Assembly (NCBI RefSeq): GCF_964355755.1
Contig: NC_092671.1
Coordinates: 37,396,304 to 37,460,303 of the forward strand
Length of the DNA: 64,000 nt
From: Antedon mediterranea
Lineage: Eukaryota > Animalia > Echinodermata
Direction: 5' to 3'
Below are positions 35,356 to 46,281 of the stretch, piece by piece (positions within the stretch are counted from its first letter, which is position 1; every line of letters begins with the position of its first letter). The notes under the pieces were generated by a model. That model was not told where the DNA came from. It made no database searches and saw only the letters and a list, made by a program, of their open reading frames with translations. The translations under genes were made by a program, and so were the position numbers.

Positions 35356-37468
35356 ATGTCTAAATTAAGGGCATTTGTTATAGCAGCTCTGTGTTATGGT
35401 GTTTTTATTTTGGCACTTTTTACATACCGGCTAAGTCCACTAAAATAGTGAGTACCGACTTTTGTTTACTATTTATTTATTATCACTATCTGTATATAAA
35501 TCAACATAATTAGCCTAATTTTTATGTCGTAACAATAATAATAATATCGAACAATATAAAGCGCTCGTATCGCAGCGCAACATGAAACGAATAACAAGGT
35601 GATAATAAGGTAAGTTTTCAGAAGAGATTTGAATTGAAAGGGGGACGGAGTGTAACGGATGGAATGAGGAGGAAGTTGGTTCCAGATCTCTGGTGCCTGA
35701 AGAAAGAACACGCATTTTAGGCTGGTGTCGTAAAATGACCACAGTCGTGTTGAAGTTAACTCGTTTACCGTTCTTTAGAATTTACTTCTTAGGCCTATAG
35801 CTAATATGTGTTTTTACAGTTATAGATATAGAAACATACAGGACCACAAAGATGTCTCTAATGTCCTACTTGAAACTAACCAAACAACATTCAGTGGAAG
35901 AAATCAGTTTGCGAAACCCACAAAAACCGAATGTAAACCTCACACGAACATAGTCTTCTACAAAACTCATAAATGCGGAAGCTCGACAGTTCAGAATATA
36001 TTTTTAAGATTCGGAGATAAGAACAACTTGACTTTTGCTATGCCTGTGAAGAACACTTTTGGATATGATCATATTTTCAGTCTTTCTATTCCTTTCAACT
36101 CAAGCATGGTTGAAAAATTACCAAGTAACGAATACAATATACTAGCGCATCACTGTGTATATAACAAGACTGGTGAGTTGTTTTCTTGTTTTAGTTAACC
36201 CAACAACCAGTCCGATGCTAAGACTAGTTCTCTTAAAAACAAAATGCCAAGTAAAATGGGAACAACAATCATTTGATAAATAACGAGTGGTTAAGACAGT
36301 GGAACCGTAATTACGTATCCATAACATCGGCAAGGGTGTGTCGAGGCTCACTCGCTCCATGGTTCTGGTGGTAGAACGAGTCTTCTCGGATAAGGACTAT
36401 AAACCGTAGGTCCAGTGTACACATAGCTCATGTGCACTTTAAAGAACCTAGTACATCTTTCGAGACGAGTAGGGGGTTACCCCAGTGTACTAGTACACAA
36501 ACAGCCACTGCCACATCGGCGACAAAACCGGTAACCATATCAACTCCTTTATGAGCATGGTGTGGAGGGTGGTTCAGAAGAACCAATGCCAGCCCAGAGA
36601 GGAGATGTGGCGTATGCCTGAGAGTCGTATCATGAGATGAGTGTACTGTATCTCGTCTGTTACACCCCTACGGCCACCTAGGTCATGGGACAACGAAACG
36701 AAACATTAAAAGTTAATTATTATTATATTAATATTATTTTTTTTTATAGGTTTTAAAGCCATTATGCCTTCAGATTCTTTTTACGTGACCATCATCCGGG
36801 AACCAGTGTCCGTCTTTCATTCTCGATTTGAGTATTTTCATTGGGATAGACAATTGGATCTACTGAACTACTCGAATCCAATTGACGAATTTATGAATCG
36901 CATTGCCGCGTTCGATAGACATGACTGGTCTAGATACATCAAAAGAACAAACGTTATGTTCCGCAATTTTGACTACAAACAGAAAATAGATACTACTACA
37001 ATGGCGAAGATGGTAATGGCAAATATGGAAGAAGAGCTAGATTTTGTCATGCTGTTGGAGTATTTGGACGAATCATTAATTCTTTTAAAGAATAAATTAT
37101 GCTGGAGTTTTGAAGACATTCTGTATGTGCCTAAGTTGGTTCTAAAACAACGTTTTGCTATCAACGAATCGTTAGCAAATAGAATTCGTAAATGGAGTCG
37201 TTGGGATGTGATACTTTATGACCGATTTAACACCAGTTTTTGGAAACAAGTCAACAAATTCGGATTGCATAAAATGAAAAGAGAACTGCACATATTTAAA
37301 GACAAACAAGATGACCTTGTGAAAAATTGTAGTGAAGAGGTGCAGTTGAATGGAAGTATGAAGAAGAATGGTCTATGTTGGAGAGTTTGGCAAGAAGAAC
37401 GCATTTATACAAAATACCTACGAAATAAACAATTAACTCGTTATAATAAAACCTTTCAGCAAACATAA
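35356..37468 (+). CDS. Galactose-3-O-sulfotransferase-like G3 (~387 aa); exons 35356-35447, 35820-36172, 36750-37468
   Basis: Anchor MSKLRAFVIAALCYGVFILALF; FYKTHKCGSST; LAHH; IIREPVSVFHS; EYLDESLILLKNKLCW. 1164 nt in frame. Confidence 0.9.
35530..35715 (-). mobile_element. LINE (L2/CR1-group) extreme 3' fragment
   Basis: FFLQAPEIWNQLP..IR..PS..QFKSLLKTYL followed by a gcgctttata...(tat)n tail. Confidence 0.7.
36282..36705 (+). mobile_element. tRNA-derived SINE with a Deu/Nin-like central domain
   Basis: Degenerate A/B boxes (gagtggttaagac; gtcgaggc), then ctcggataaggactataaaccgtaggtcc...gcactttaaagaacc...ttcgagacgagtagggggttacccc; aacg-repeat tail. Confidence 0.65.
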
Positions 37469-38304
37469 TTTTTTTGTTTATAATCAATCCATATTTACAC
37501 TAATTAAACGTTACTCAAACTTTATTCGAACAATACGCTTTGGATCAGAGGCACGAAGTCAATATTAACCATGGCGTCAGACACACGCTTATAAAAAGGT
37601 GCGTTCTAACATTAGCAATGCGGTTACAAAAACAAATTAGGCCTACATCAAAACTAGAAAAATTAAACTCAAATAAATAAACTTAGTATTACAGCCAATA
37701 TTTAACGGAAATTGTAGAATTTTTCAAGGTATTAAAGCTATTGGAAAAAGTATTTTTATAATGTAGATAAAACTAAATAAATGAACAAATGATTAATAAT
37801 AGTTATTAATTTAAGTGGTGGGCGGTAAATATTTAAGTTATAAGAGAGGTCTCGCAATCTTACGAAATACGAAAACTGATACGTCACGCACACGTATTCG
37901 TTTTCGTAAGCCAGTGAAAATGGGGAGGTTTCGCAACCTTACGAATACGATAACGAAAACGGATACGTCATACATTTGTGAAACTTTTGAGCTGATCCCC
38001 ATTTCATATTCGTAAAGCGTATTCGTGTTGACGAATATCACCAGTCAAGCAGAGGATAACCCTTTAAGCCCAACCGCTTGTTTCCAAAGGGTCCTCAATA
38101 ATTGATACAATGAAAATGCAAAAAAATATAAATCAATTATTATCAATCTTATATTAAAAATTAATTTTAATAACAAATTCAACTTATGCTAAGTTCTGGC
38201 AATCATAATCATTATAGAAATATATATTATTATTTACAAAAATTCAGTCATTAATGTAAGTCTATACAATTTGCATATTTGTTAATAGATAATAATCATT
38301 ATAA

Positions 38305-38427
38305 AGCTCTGTCTACATTATCAAACTAGTTTGAAAAAAATATGGTAGTGATATGCTCAAATATGGTAGTGATATGACATCACATTTTTTTTGTCACATA
38401 AAAGTTTGATAGTGTAGACAGAGAGCA
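38305..38427. mobile_element. MITE family A copy
   Basis: TIRs as above. Confidence 0.8.
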
Positions 38428-38751
38428 TTACAATCGATCAAATGGATTGAAATGAAAATGTAGTATTCTAGCAACACAAGCTAACATATTATATAATAAT
38501 AATACAGAAAAGAACGTGACGCGATATTTCTTTTTGTACATAAGTTTGGATCCCTAATGAAACGCCACAAAATAAACATGGATATTCATTAGTCATATCC
38601 ATAAGTTTTGTACGATAAAAAAAAAATCGCGAAACTTCCTAATCAACGCCGAATTTTTATCCTTGTGTGACAAAATATTTCATTTTATACATCAGTGGCA
38701 TGTGTCAGCTAGTTATTTACACATCTGTGAGTTACTTTTAATGTACTGTAA

Positions 38752-38969
38752 AGCTTGGTTCCCACTAGCGACGCAACGTAACGCAACCTACGCACCGTAT
38801 GGAAATGCCCTTCTAATAATTGTGTTTGCCCCCGCCTGCGTGAAATCAAACCTGCGATGTTTGCAGCATTGTTCCATCGTCGGTTCCCACTTGCGATTAC
38901 GCAATACAGCACTTTGCGTCAATACGTCGTAGCGTTGCGTTACGTTGCGTCGCTAGTGGGAACCACGCT
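38752..38969. mobile_element. MITE family B, type II
   Basis: TIRs; interior nearly identical to 27644-27859. Confidence 0.85.
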
Positions 38970-39206
38970 TTATTGATTAGGGATTGATTTTTACTTAGAC
39001 AACAATGAGTTCACTTCAAAACTGTTTAGCCAAAGTACAATGTTTAAATCAACACAGTTTGTTATGGAAACTCTATGCTTATATATTGGCAGTTTTAAAA
39101 GGAACAAACTATGAGAGTTACAACTTTATTTTACAGAATAATGAAAGTTAATACAGTAATTGATGACTTAGAGGAAAATGGTTTGAAATGAAAAAAGGGT
39201 TTTAAA

Positions 39207-39347
39207 AGCTGTCTACACTATCAAACTACTTTGACAAAAAAAAGTGTGATGTGCCCATATATGGTAGTGATATGCTTAAATATGGTAGTTCTATATGGGC
39301 ACATTACATTTTTTTGTCACATAAAGTTTGACAGTGTAGACAGAGCA
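39207..39347. mobile_element. MITE family A copy
   Basis: TIRs as above; absent from the paralogous upstream region of G3. Confidence 0.8.
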
Positions 39348-39551
39348 TTAGCATAGACATAGACATCGCATTGACTACATGTGATTAGTAACAACGAGTT
39401 TTTAATCCTAGTGACAAAATATCAATGTTTCATTTTATATACCAGTGGATTTGTGTCAGCTGCTTTACTTTACACCTCAATGAGTTATTTTGAAGTGGAT
39501 TAGAAAATAGTACTCATTAAACAATCTGAGTTCAAAGCAAATTAACTTAAA

Positions 39552-42033
39552 ATGTATAAATTAAGGCAATTTGTTATAGCAGTTCTGTGTTATGCTGTTT
39601 TTATTTTCGCACTTTTCACTTACCGGCTAAGTCCACTAAAACAGTGAGTATCAACTTTTGTCTACTATTTGTTTATTATAACTCTCTTTAGGGCTGCTGA
39701 ATAATTCTCAAACCAACATACAATCATACACTCTTGTGTATAGCCACATAGTCGAGTTTCTAGTCACACATACACTTATCATACCAATCAAGAGGGTCCT
39801 TTGATTGTCAACATACGCTGTTTAGGCTGACCCTCTTTAAATAAGGTGAAAAAAGGTCGATTTGTTTCGGTTCAATTTTTATCTTGATTACAATTATACT
39901 TTCGATCACAGATTTGTGGGTAGATTCGACAAAAACGCATCTGTTTCGTTCAGATATCCACCTACTATCGGAAGAAGCATTCAGTTCGCAAACATGGTAA
40001 GTACAGTGTCAAGAGTGACAATAAGGCATTCTGAAATAATCATAACTATACTGCGCATAAACATAGCGTTTCATTTTTAGCTATTTTTTGCGTCATCTCT
40101 GACGTTTCATTTTTTTAGCAGCAACATTTTTTAACACATTAGTCTGGGTTCCAGACGGAGTTTTGACTTTGACTGAAAAGATAAATATTTTGGAACAATA
40201 GCGTTTCATAAGTTAACTACTTTTTTTTTAGTTTTTGCTACTTTTTGTTTGTTTTCATCTACACATAAATGTACATTTCCACATACCAATAATCTTTTAG
40301 TTTCTATAATTTATAAATATATATAAATAATTTATGCGAATTATTCACAATCATTTACAAAACCGTTCTCTCAGACCAGGTAACACATCTGTAAAAGCTC
40401 TGTCTACACTATCAAACTTTATGTGACAAAAATGTGATGTGATTATGATGTCATAGCACTACCATATTTGGGCAAACCACTACCATATTTAGGCACATTT
40501 TTTGTCGCATAAGTTTGAGAGACAGAGCTATACATCAATAATTTCAGTTTGAATAAGATTCAAAGTGTACGTCTCTATAAGCCTATGTGTAATTTCATTA
40601 AAAATATGTATAAAATACTTTCTATAAAATATTTAGAATGTTTTGAGATTCGTTAAAATATTCAAAACAATTTGTTTAGCAACCACATCGCATAGGGCAC
40701 AAAATAATTATTATATTTCTGTCTACATCTTTCAGACATCAAACTTAAATGTACGTTCTACAAAGTCTACTAAATGCACGCCTCACAAAAACATAGTCTT
40801 CTTCAAAACTCATAAATGCGGAAGTTCGTCAGTTCAGAATATATTTTTAAGATTCGGAGACAAGCACAACTTGACGTTTGCTATGCCCATGGAGAACACT
40901 TCTACATATAATCATACCTTCAGTTTTTTTATTCCATTCAAACCAAACATGGTTGAGAATTTAACAGCGAACGAATACAACATACTAGCGCATCACTGTG
41001 TATTTAACAAGCCTGGTAAGTTTATTTCTAAGCTCTTCTACCTCTAATTTGTTATTTCCTGGGTCAAAACAACACCCATGGCAAATTATGTACTGTATAT
41101 CTTGGAATAGTCACATTACAATATGTATAGGTCGTAAGTACATGCCTTGGTGCTTATTGTTCTGACAACTATCGTCTAAATGCCACAAGCACGCGCGCGT
41201 GACTCTCCGAGGTACATCTGCCTGTTCGATTACGTCACTGTTATTTTAATAATGTATTATTATTTATTTCGAACTTGTACTGTTTTTTAGGTTTTGAAGC
41301 CATTATGCCTTCCGACTCCTTTTACGTCACCATCATCCGGGAACCAGTGTCGGTTTTTCATTCTTATTTTGGTTATTTTGGCTGGAAAAATAAATTTGAA
41401 CTTCAGAACTACTCGAATCCCCTCGAAGAGTTTATAAACCGAGTGGAAACATTTGACGTAATTCCACAACGTTATAATAGAAGAGATGTGGTGTTTCATC
41501 ATTTTGACTACAAACAGTCTATAAAAACTGATACAATGGCGAAGATGGTAATGGCAAATATGGAAAGAGAGCTAGATTTTGTTATGCTGTTGGAGTATTT
41601 GGACGAATCGTTAATACTTTTAAAGAATAAATTATGCTGGAGTTTTGAAGACATTCTGTATGTGCCTAAGTTAGTTCGAAGCCAACGTTTTGCTATCAAC
41701 GAATCGTTAGCGAATAGAATTCGTAAATGGAGTCGTTGGGATGTGTTACTTTATGACAGATTTAATACTAGTTTTTGGAAACAAGTCGACAAATTTGGAT
41801 TGGATAAAATGAAAAGAGAACTAAAGATATTCAAGGAAAAACAAAAGGAGTTGCTGGAAAACTGTACTGATGAGAAAGATAATGTTTTGTCAAAGATTAA
41901 AAATACGAAGTTTAAATCTCACATTAAAGAAGGTGGGTTTTGTTGGAAGATACAACGTAGTGAAAGTAAATATACTAAATATTTACGAGAAAAACAGCGA
42001 AAACTCTTTAATCAAACGAAAAAGATAACATAA
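39552..42033 (+). CDS. Galactose-3-O-sulfotransferase-like G4 (~399 aa); exons 39552-39643, 39912-39996, 40736-41015, 41291-42033
   Basis: Anchor MYKLRQFVIAVLCYAVFIFALF; FFKTHKCGSSS; IIREPVSVFHS; EYLDESLILLKNKLCW. 1200 nt in frame. Confidence 0.9.
40396..40529. mobile_element. MITE family A copy
   Basis: TIRs as above. Confidence 0.8.
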
Positions 42034-42050
42034 ACCGTTTTAATAGGCCT

Positions 42051-42236
42051 ACTGGTTTTTGGAAACAAGTCGACGAATTCGGATTGGATAAAATGAAAGA
42101 GAATTAAAGATATTCAAGGAAAAACAATTGGAATTTCAGAAAACTGTGCCATTGAAAGAGATAGAGTATATTATCATGAGTATTGATAATAAAACTAGGC
42201 TATACCGGAATGTAATACGAGGTGAAATGATGTACC
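42051..42236 (+). pseudogene. Frameshifted remnant of a G5-type GAL3ST last-exon 3' end
   Basis: ttttggaaacaagtcgacgaattcgg...gaatttcagaaaac...ccggaatgtaatacgaggtgaaatgatgtac aligns to 45445-45622 with indels. Confidence 0.8.
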
Positions 42237-42787
42237 CGTTATACTGTATGCTATGGGGCATGGAACAAAAATATGCCTAAAATGAGGAAGGAAGTTATTC
42301 ACACAGTGCTAGTAATTTATAATAATGATGATAATATAATTTTACGTAAAGTGGATGTCTATATGCCTATTAAAGTGAATTGATATCAAATCAAAGTTGA
42401 ACTTTTATTTATCCTTAAATAATGTTACATCAAAATAATATTTAAGAGGGGCGAATCCCAGAGAAAGCAACAGCTTGAAAAGGGCTGTTCAGAAACCGAA
42501 CTTATACTGTAATTAAATACGCCACCGATTCATATATAGGCCTAATGGGAACCGAATATAATAAATGGAGAATGATTTCATTGGCTTTTTGAACAGCTGT
42601 TTGATATAAAGTTAAATCGTCACTTTCACATAATCAACTAGTGAGTAAACAACACAAAATATCGATTATTTATGATTAGGAGTGTTAATAATAACTTACT
42701 ACAGCTTTTGGATTTTTACCTTTTAGCTTCAGCTTTGGTCGTTGCTGAATATGGCGTTAGTTAATTACCGAAACTAGAAATGTAATA

Positions 42788-45666
42788 ATGATTTTACAAA
42801 AAACGATTCGATTGCTTGTGTTGTACATTATTTTTATTTCAGTATTTGTATCTTGTTTGTTGATTCCTCTAAAAAGGTAAGTTCCAAATAATTTTCTTTG
42901 AACCTCATCCATTTCTGGATAACAAATTATATTTTTCCGAATCATTTCAAAAACCTTAAACACATAAATACAATTTAGTTGATAGTAATTCTAGTTAATA
43001 GGTTATAAAACTTAATTAGAAAAAAAACGAGAAATTAGTTTCGAATTTTGATTATGTTAAAATCAATCACAACTGATTTTTTTTAACCATACAGTAGGCA
43101 TACTTTGAAAGAAAAAAATTTAAAAAGTAATTTGTTGAAAGTTGGCAATATTTTTTTGGATACAAGAAGTTACTGTATCTTTAGAAAAAAACTTTTGTAT
43201 TGTTCAGTTAGATTAGTCTGTTTATGAAAAATATTGTGTATTTATTTTCTAGAGACAGATATATTTCCAGATACGAAAATAACTCACCTAATCCAGTCAA
43301 ATATACATCTCATTTGCATTTAATAAATATAGTAAGTGATTTTAACAAAGTTAAGTGATATACTGTACCATATTCAGTCTTTAGTGGTAGGATATTAAAG
43401 AGATTATTATACGTTTTTAACAAACACGCAACGCAACTATAGCTGCAAAAACTAGACTATAATTTTTTTACAGAATCCAACAGTGTGATTTTGCTCTATC
43501 ACATTTTGTAGGCCATATTGAAATCAAGACATAGTCTGTCATTCTTCAATATTCAGATTTATAATACTGTTAAAGTGAGTTTGTTGCTGTCTAGCGCATC
43601 GCACGTATATGATATGGTATTACCATATCAGAGGGATCACTGGTGCAGTGGTAGCATCAGCTGAGAAATATTATTCTGTAGGCCTATAATTCTGTTATGG
43701 ACATGGACATGCTGATGTCATATCACGACCATATTTAAGCATATCACTATACCATATTTGGTTGAACTAGTTTGATAGTATAGACAGAGCTTTAGTGCAC
43801 TTTGATGTTAGTTGATGATGAGTAGAGTATGTTGTTTAATTTAATCAAAAATTTTCTTTCTTTTTCAGTCATCAGAATTTGCAAATTCCACCAAGATTAC
43901 TAAACAATGCAAACCTCACAAAAACATCGTCTTCTACAAAACTCATAAATGCGGAAGTTCGACAGTTCAGAATATATTTTTAAGATTCGGAGATAAGCAC
44001 AAGTTGGCTTTTGCTTTGCCTGTTCAGAACAAGTTTGGATATGATCATGTTTTTAGTTTGTTCTTTCCTTTCCAACCAAACATGGTTGAAAGATTAGCAA
44101 CGAATGAATACAACATACTAGCGCACCACTGTGTATATAACAAGCCTGGTAAGTTTTGCCAAGTTCAACACTATCTCAGCAGTAGATTCTCGGTACTGTA
44201 TCTATTTCCGAATTATCAAGGAATATTTGGTAATACAAAATCACATGTGTTTCACATGTATCTAGAGTAATCTAACCCTTAACCTAACCTTATATGATAC
44301 AGGCACCACATGTGATGCTGTATTACCAAATATTCCTATGATACCGCGGAAATAGATAGTATTTGGAGATACAGCACTGGGAATCGGGTTTTGTTTTTCT
44401 TTCAATGCTTCCTGCTTCCACAATAAATCATTTTTCTATCTCTATACGTATGTTGTACGTATCAGACTTCTTTTCATCATTATCACTCCAGTATAACTCA
44501 TCTGCACAAGTTCAAATTATCTTCGTCTAGGTCTGCCCATACACTAGACCTATATAATTTCAATTTCCAGTCAATGTTCATCATAGGTCTTAACTATCAT
44601 TCGGTTATCAGCGTAACTAACGCTTGGTACCCCTGTATCATCGTAAAGAATCACGTTCAATAAACAAATCTTACACGAAATACTGATTAATTATAAATAT
44701 TCTCTACAAGTATAAAACCGTGGTTTTAATTTCGTTTTTTTCTCTTTCTGACGCCAATGTCTACCTGAGGGCGCTCGATTTACTGAAATCGATTATTGTT
44801 AATATCCACACATACTGTTCAATTTCAATTGATTACAATAAGTTGAATGCCATAGCATATGTATAATTTTAATCTGTTTAAAAGTACAATCATATACAAT
44901 AATACCGTGTACGACAATAATCACGTCCAAATTGTTAATTGTATTTAACTTTTTTTTAGGGTTTGAAGCCATTATGCCTTCCGATTCCCTTTACGTCACC
45001 ATCATCCGGGAACCAGTGTCCGTTTTTAAATCTCACTTTGCTTATTTTAATTGGGGAAGACTGTTTAAACTTGAGAACTACTCAAATCCTATTGAAGAGT
45101 TTCTAAACCGGATGGAGGCATATGACGTCTTGCCAATTCAATTTAGGTTCAAAAGAAATGTTTTGTTTCAAAAATTTGACTACAAACAGAGTATAACTAC
45201 TGACATAATGGCGAAGATGGCAATGGCAAATATGGAAAGAGAGTTAGATTTTGTCATGCTGTTGGAATATTTGGACGAATCGTTAATACTTTTAAAGAAT
45301 AAATTATGCTGGAGTTTTGAAGACATTCTTTATGTGACTAAAAATGTCGGAAAGCGGCATTTTGCTATCAACGAATCGTTAGCAAATAGAATTCGTAAAT
45401 GGAGTCGCTGGGATGTGATACTTTATGACAGATTCAATACTAGTTTTTGGAAACAAGTTGACGAATTTGGATGGGATAAAATGCAAAGAGAACTAAAGAT
45501 ATTCAAGGAGAGACAATTTGAATTTCAGAAAACTTGTCCTATCAAAAGAGAGATACCACCCATGATCAATGGTAATAGAACTAGTCTATGCCGGAATGTA
45601 TTACGTGGTGAAATGATGTATACTTATTCTTTACGAAGAAATCAACGGAAACGTATTAAACCTTAA
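42788..45666 (+). CDS. Galactose-3-O-sulfotransferase-like G5 (~384 aa); exons 42788-42876, 43253-43331, 43869-44148, 44960-45666
   Basis: Anchor MILQKTIRLLVLYIIFISVFVSCLLI; FYKTHKCGSST; IIREPVSVFKS. 1155 nt in frame. Confidence 0.88.
44185..44385. mobile_element. Fold-back MITE with long inverted arms and a central cctaacc-type repeat
   Basis: ggaatatttggtaatacaaaatcacatgtg versus cacatgtgatgctgtattaccaaatattcc; centre ctaacccttaacctaacctt. Confidence 0.65.
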
Positions 45667-45672
45667 AATTAA

Positions 45673-45957
45673 AGCTTGGTTCCCACTAGCGACGCAATGT
45701 GGGGCAATCTACGCAACGTAAGAAAATGTCTTTCCAATAATTGTGTTTGTCCCCGCCTACGTGAAATCTAAAGCGTGGTTCCCACTAGTGACGGTTAAAA
45801 CGCTTGCGTTGCGTTTACGTCCTTGCGTTACGTTCTAGTGGGAACCACGCTTAACCTACGATGTTTGCAGCACTATTGCGTCGTCGGTTGGCACTTGTGA
45901 TTACGCAATAATTTGCGTCGATACGTCGGTGCGTTGCGTTCTAGTGAGAACTACGCT
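45673..45957. mobile_element. MITE family B type II with a nested deleted type I copy (45772-45851)
   Basis: The inner element is flanked by TAA (45769-45771 and 45852-45854) and interrupts gaaatc...cctacgatg. Confidence 0.85.
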
Positions 45958-46281
45958 TTAACGTAACGACCCATATTACTGTATCGATCCACTAGGCTAA
46001 CCGATCTAGACAATCAACCTTAAACTTTAATAATAATTGCTGCAATCATGAGAATGATATTTATAGCATACTTATTATTTCAAATAATAGACTGGCGTAC
46101 AATGGTGTAAAGTTACGCCCACGAGGGCTATGGCAAATATTTGAAAATAAACAGAGAATCAACAATGTCTTATCAATAAATATTGATCACCACTGCTCGC
46201 TGAGTTATCTTGTCTTATCACTTGCACGTTAGCTAGGTGTAGTATTGAATGCCGGTGCTTTATTCTGAGATTTAAGTAATA

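Noticed and set aside
36973-41699. Minus-strand ORFs such as MIAKR.(F/L)RTNLGTY... present in two copies
   Set aside because: Antisense shadows of the conserved GAL3ST exons; their similarity comes from the sense-strand genes.
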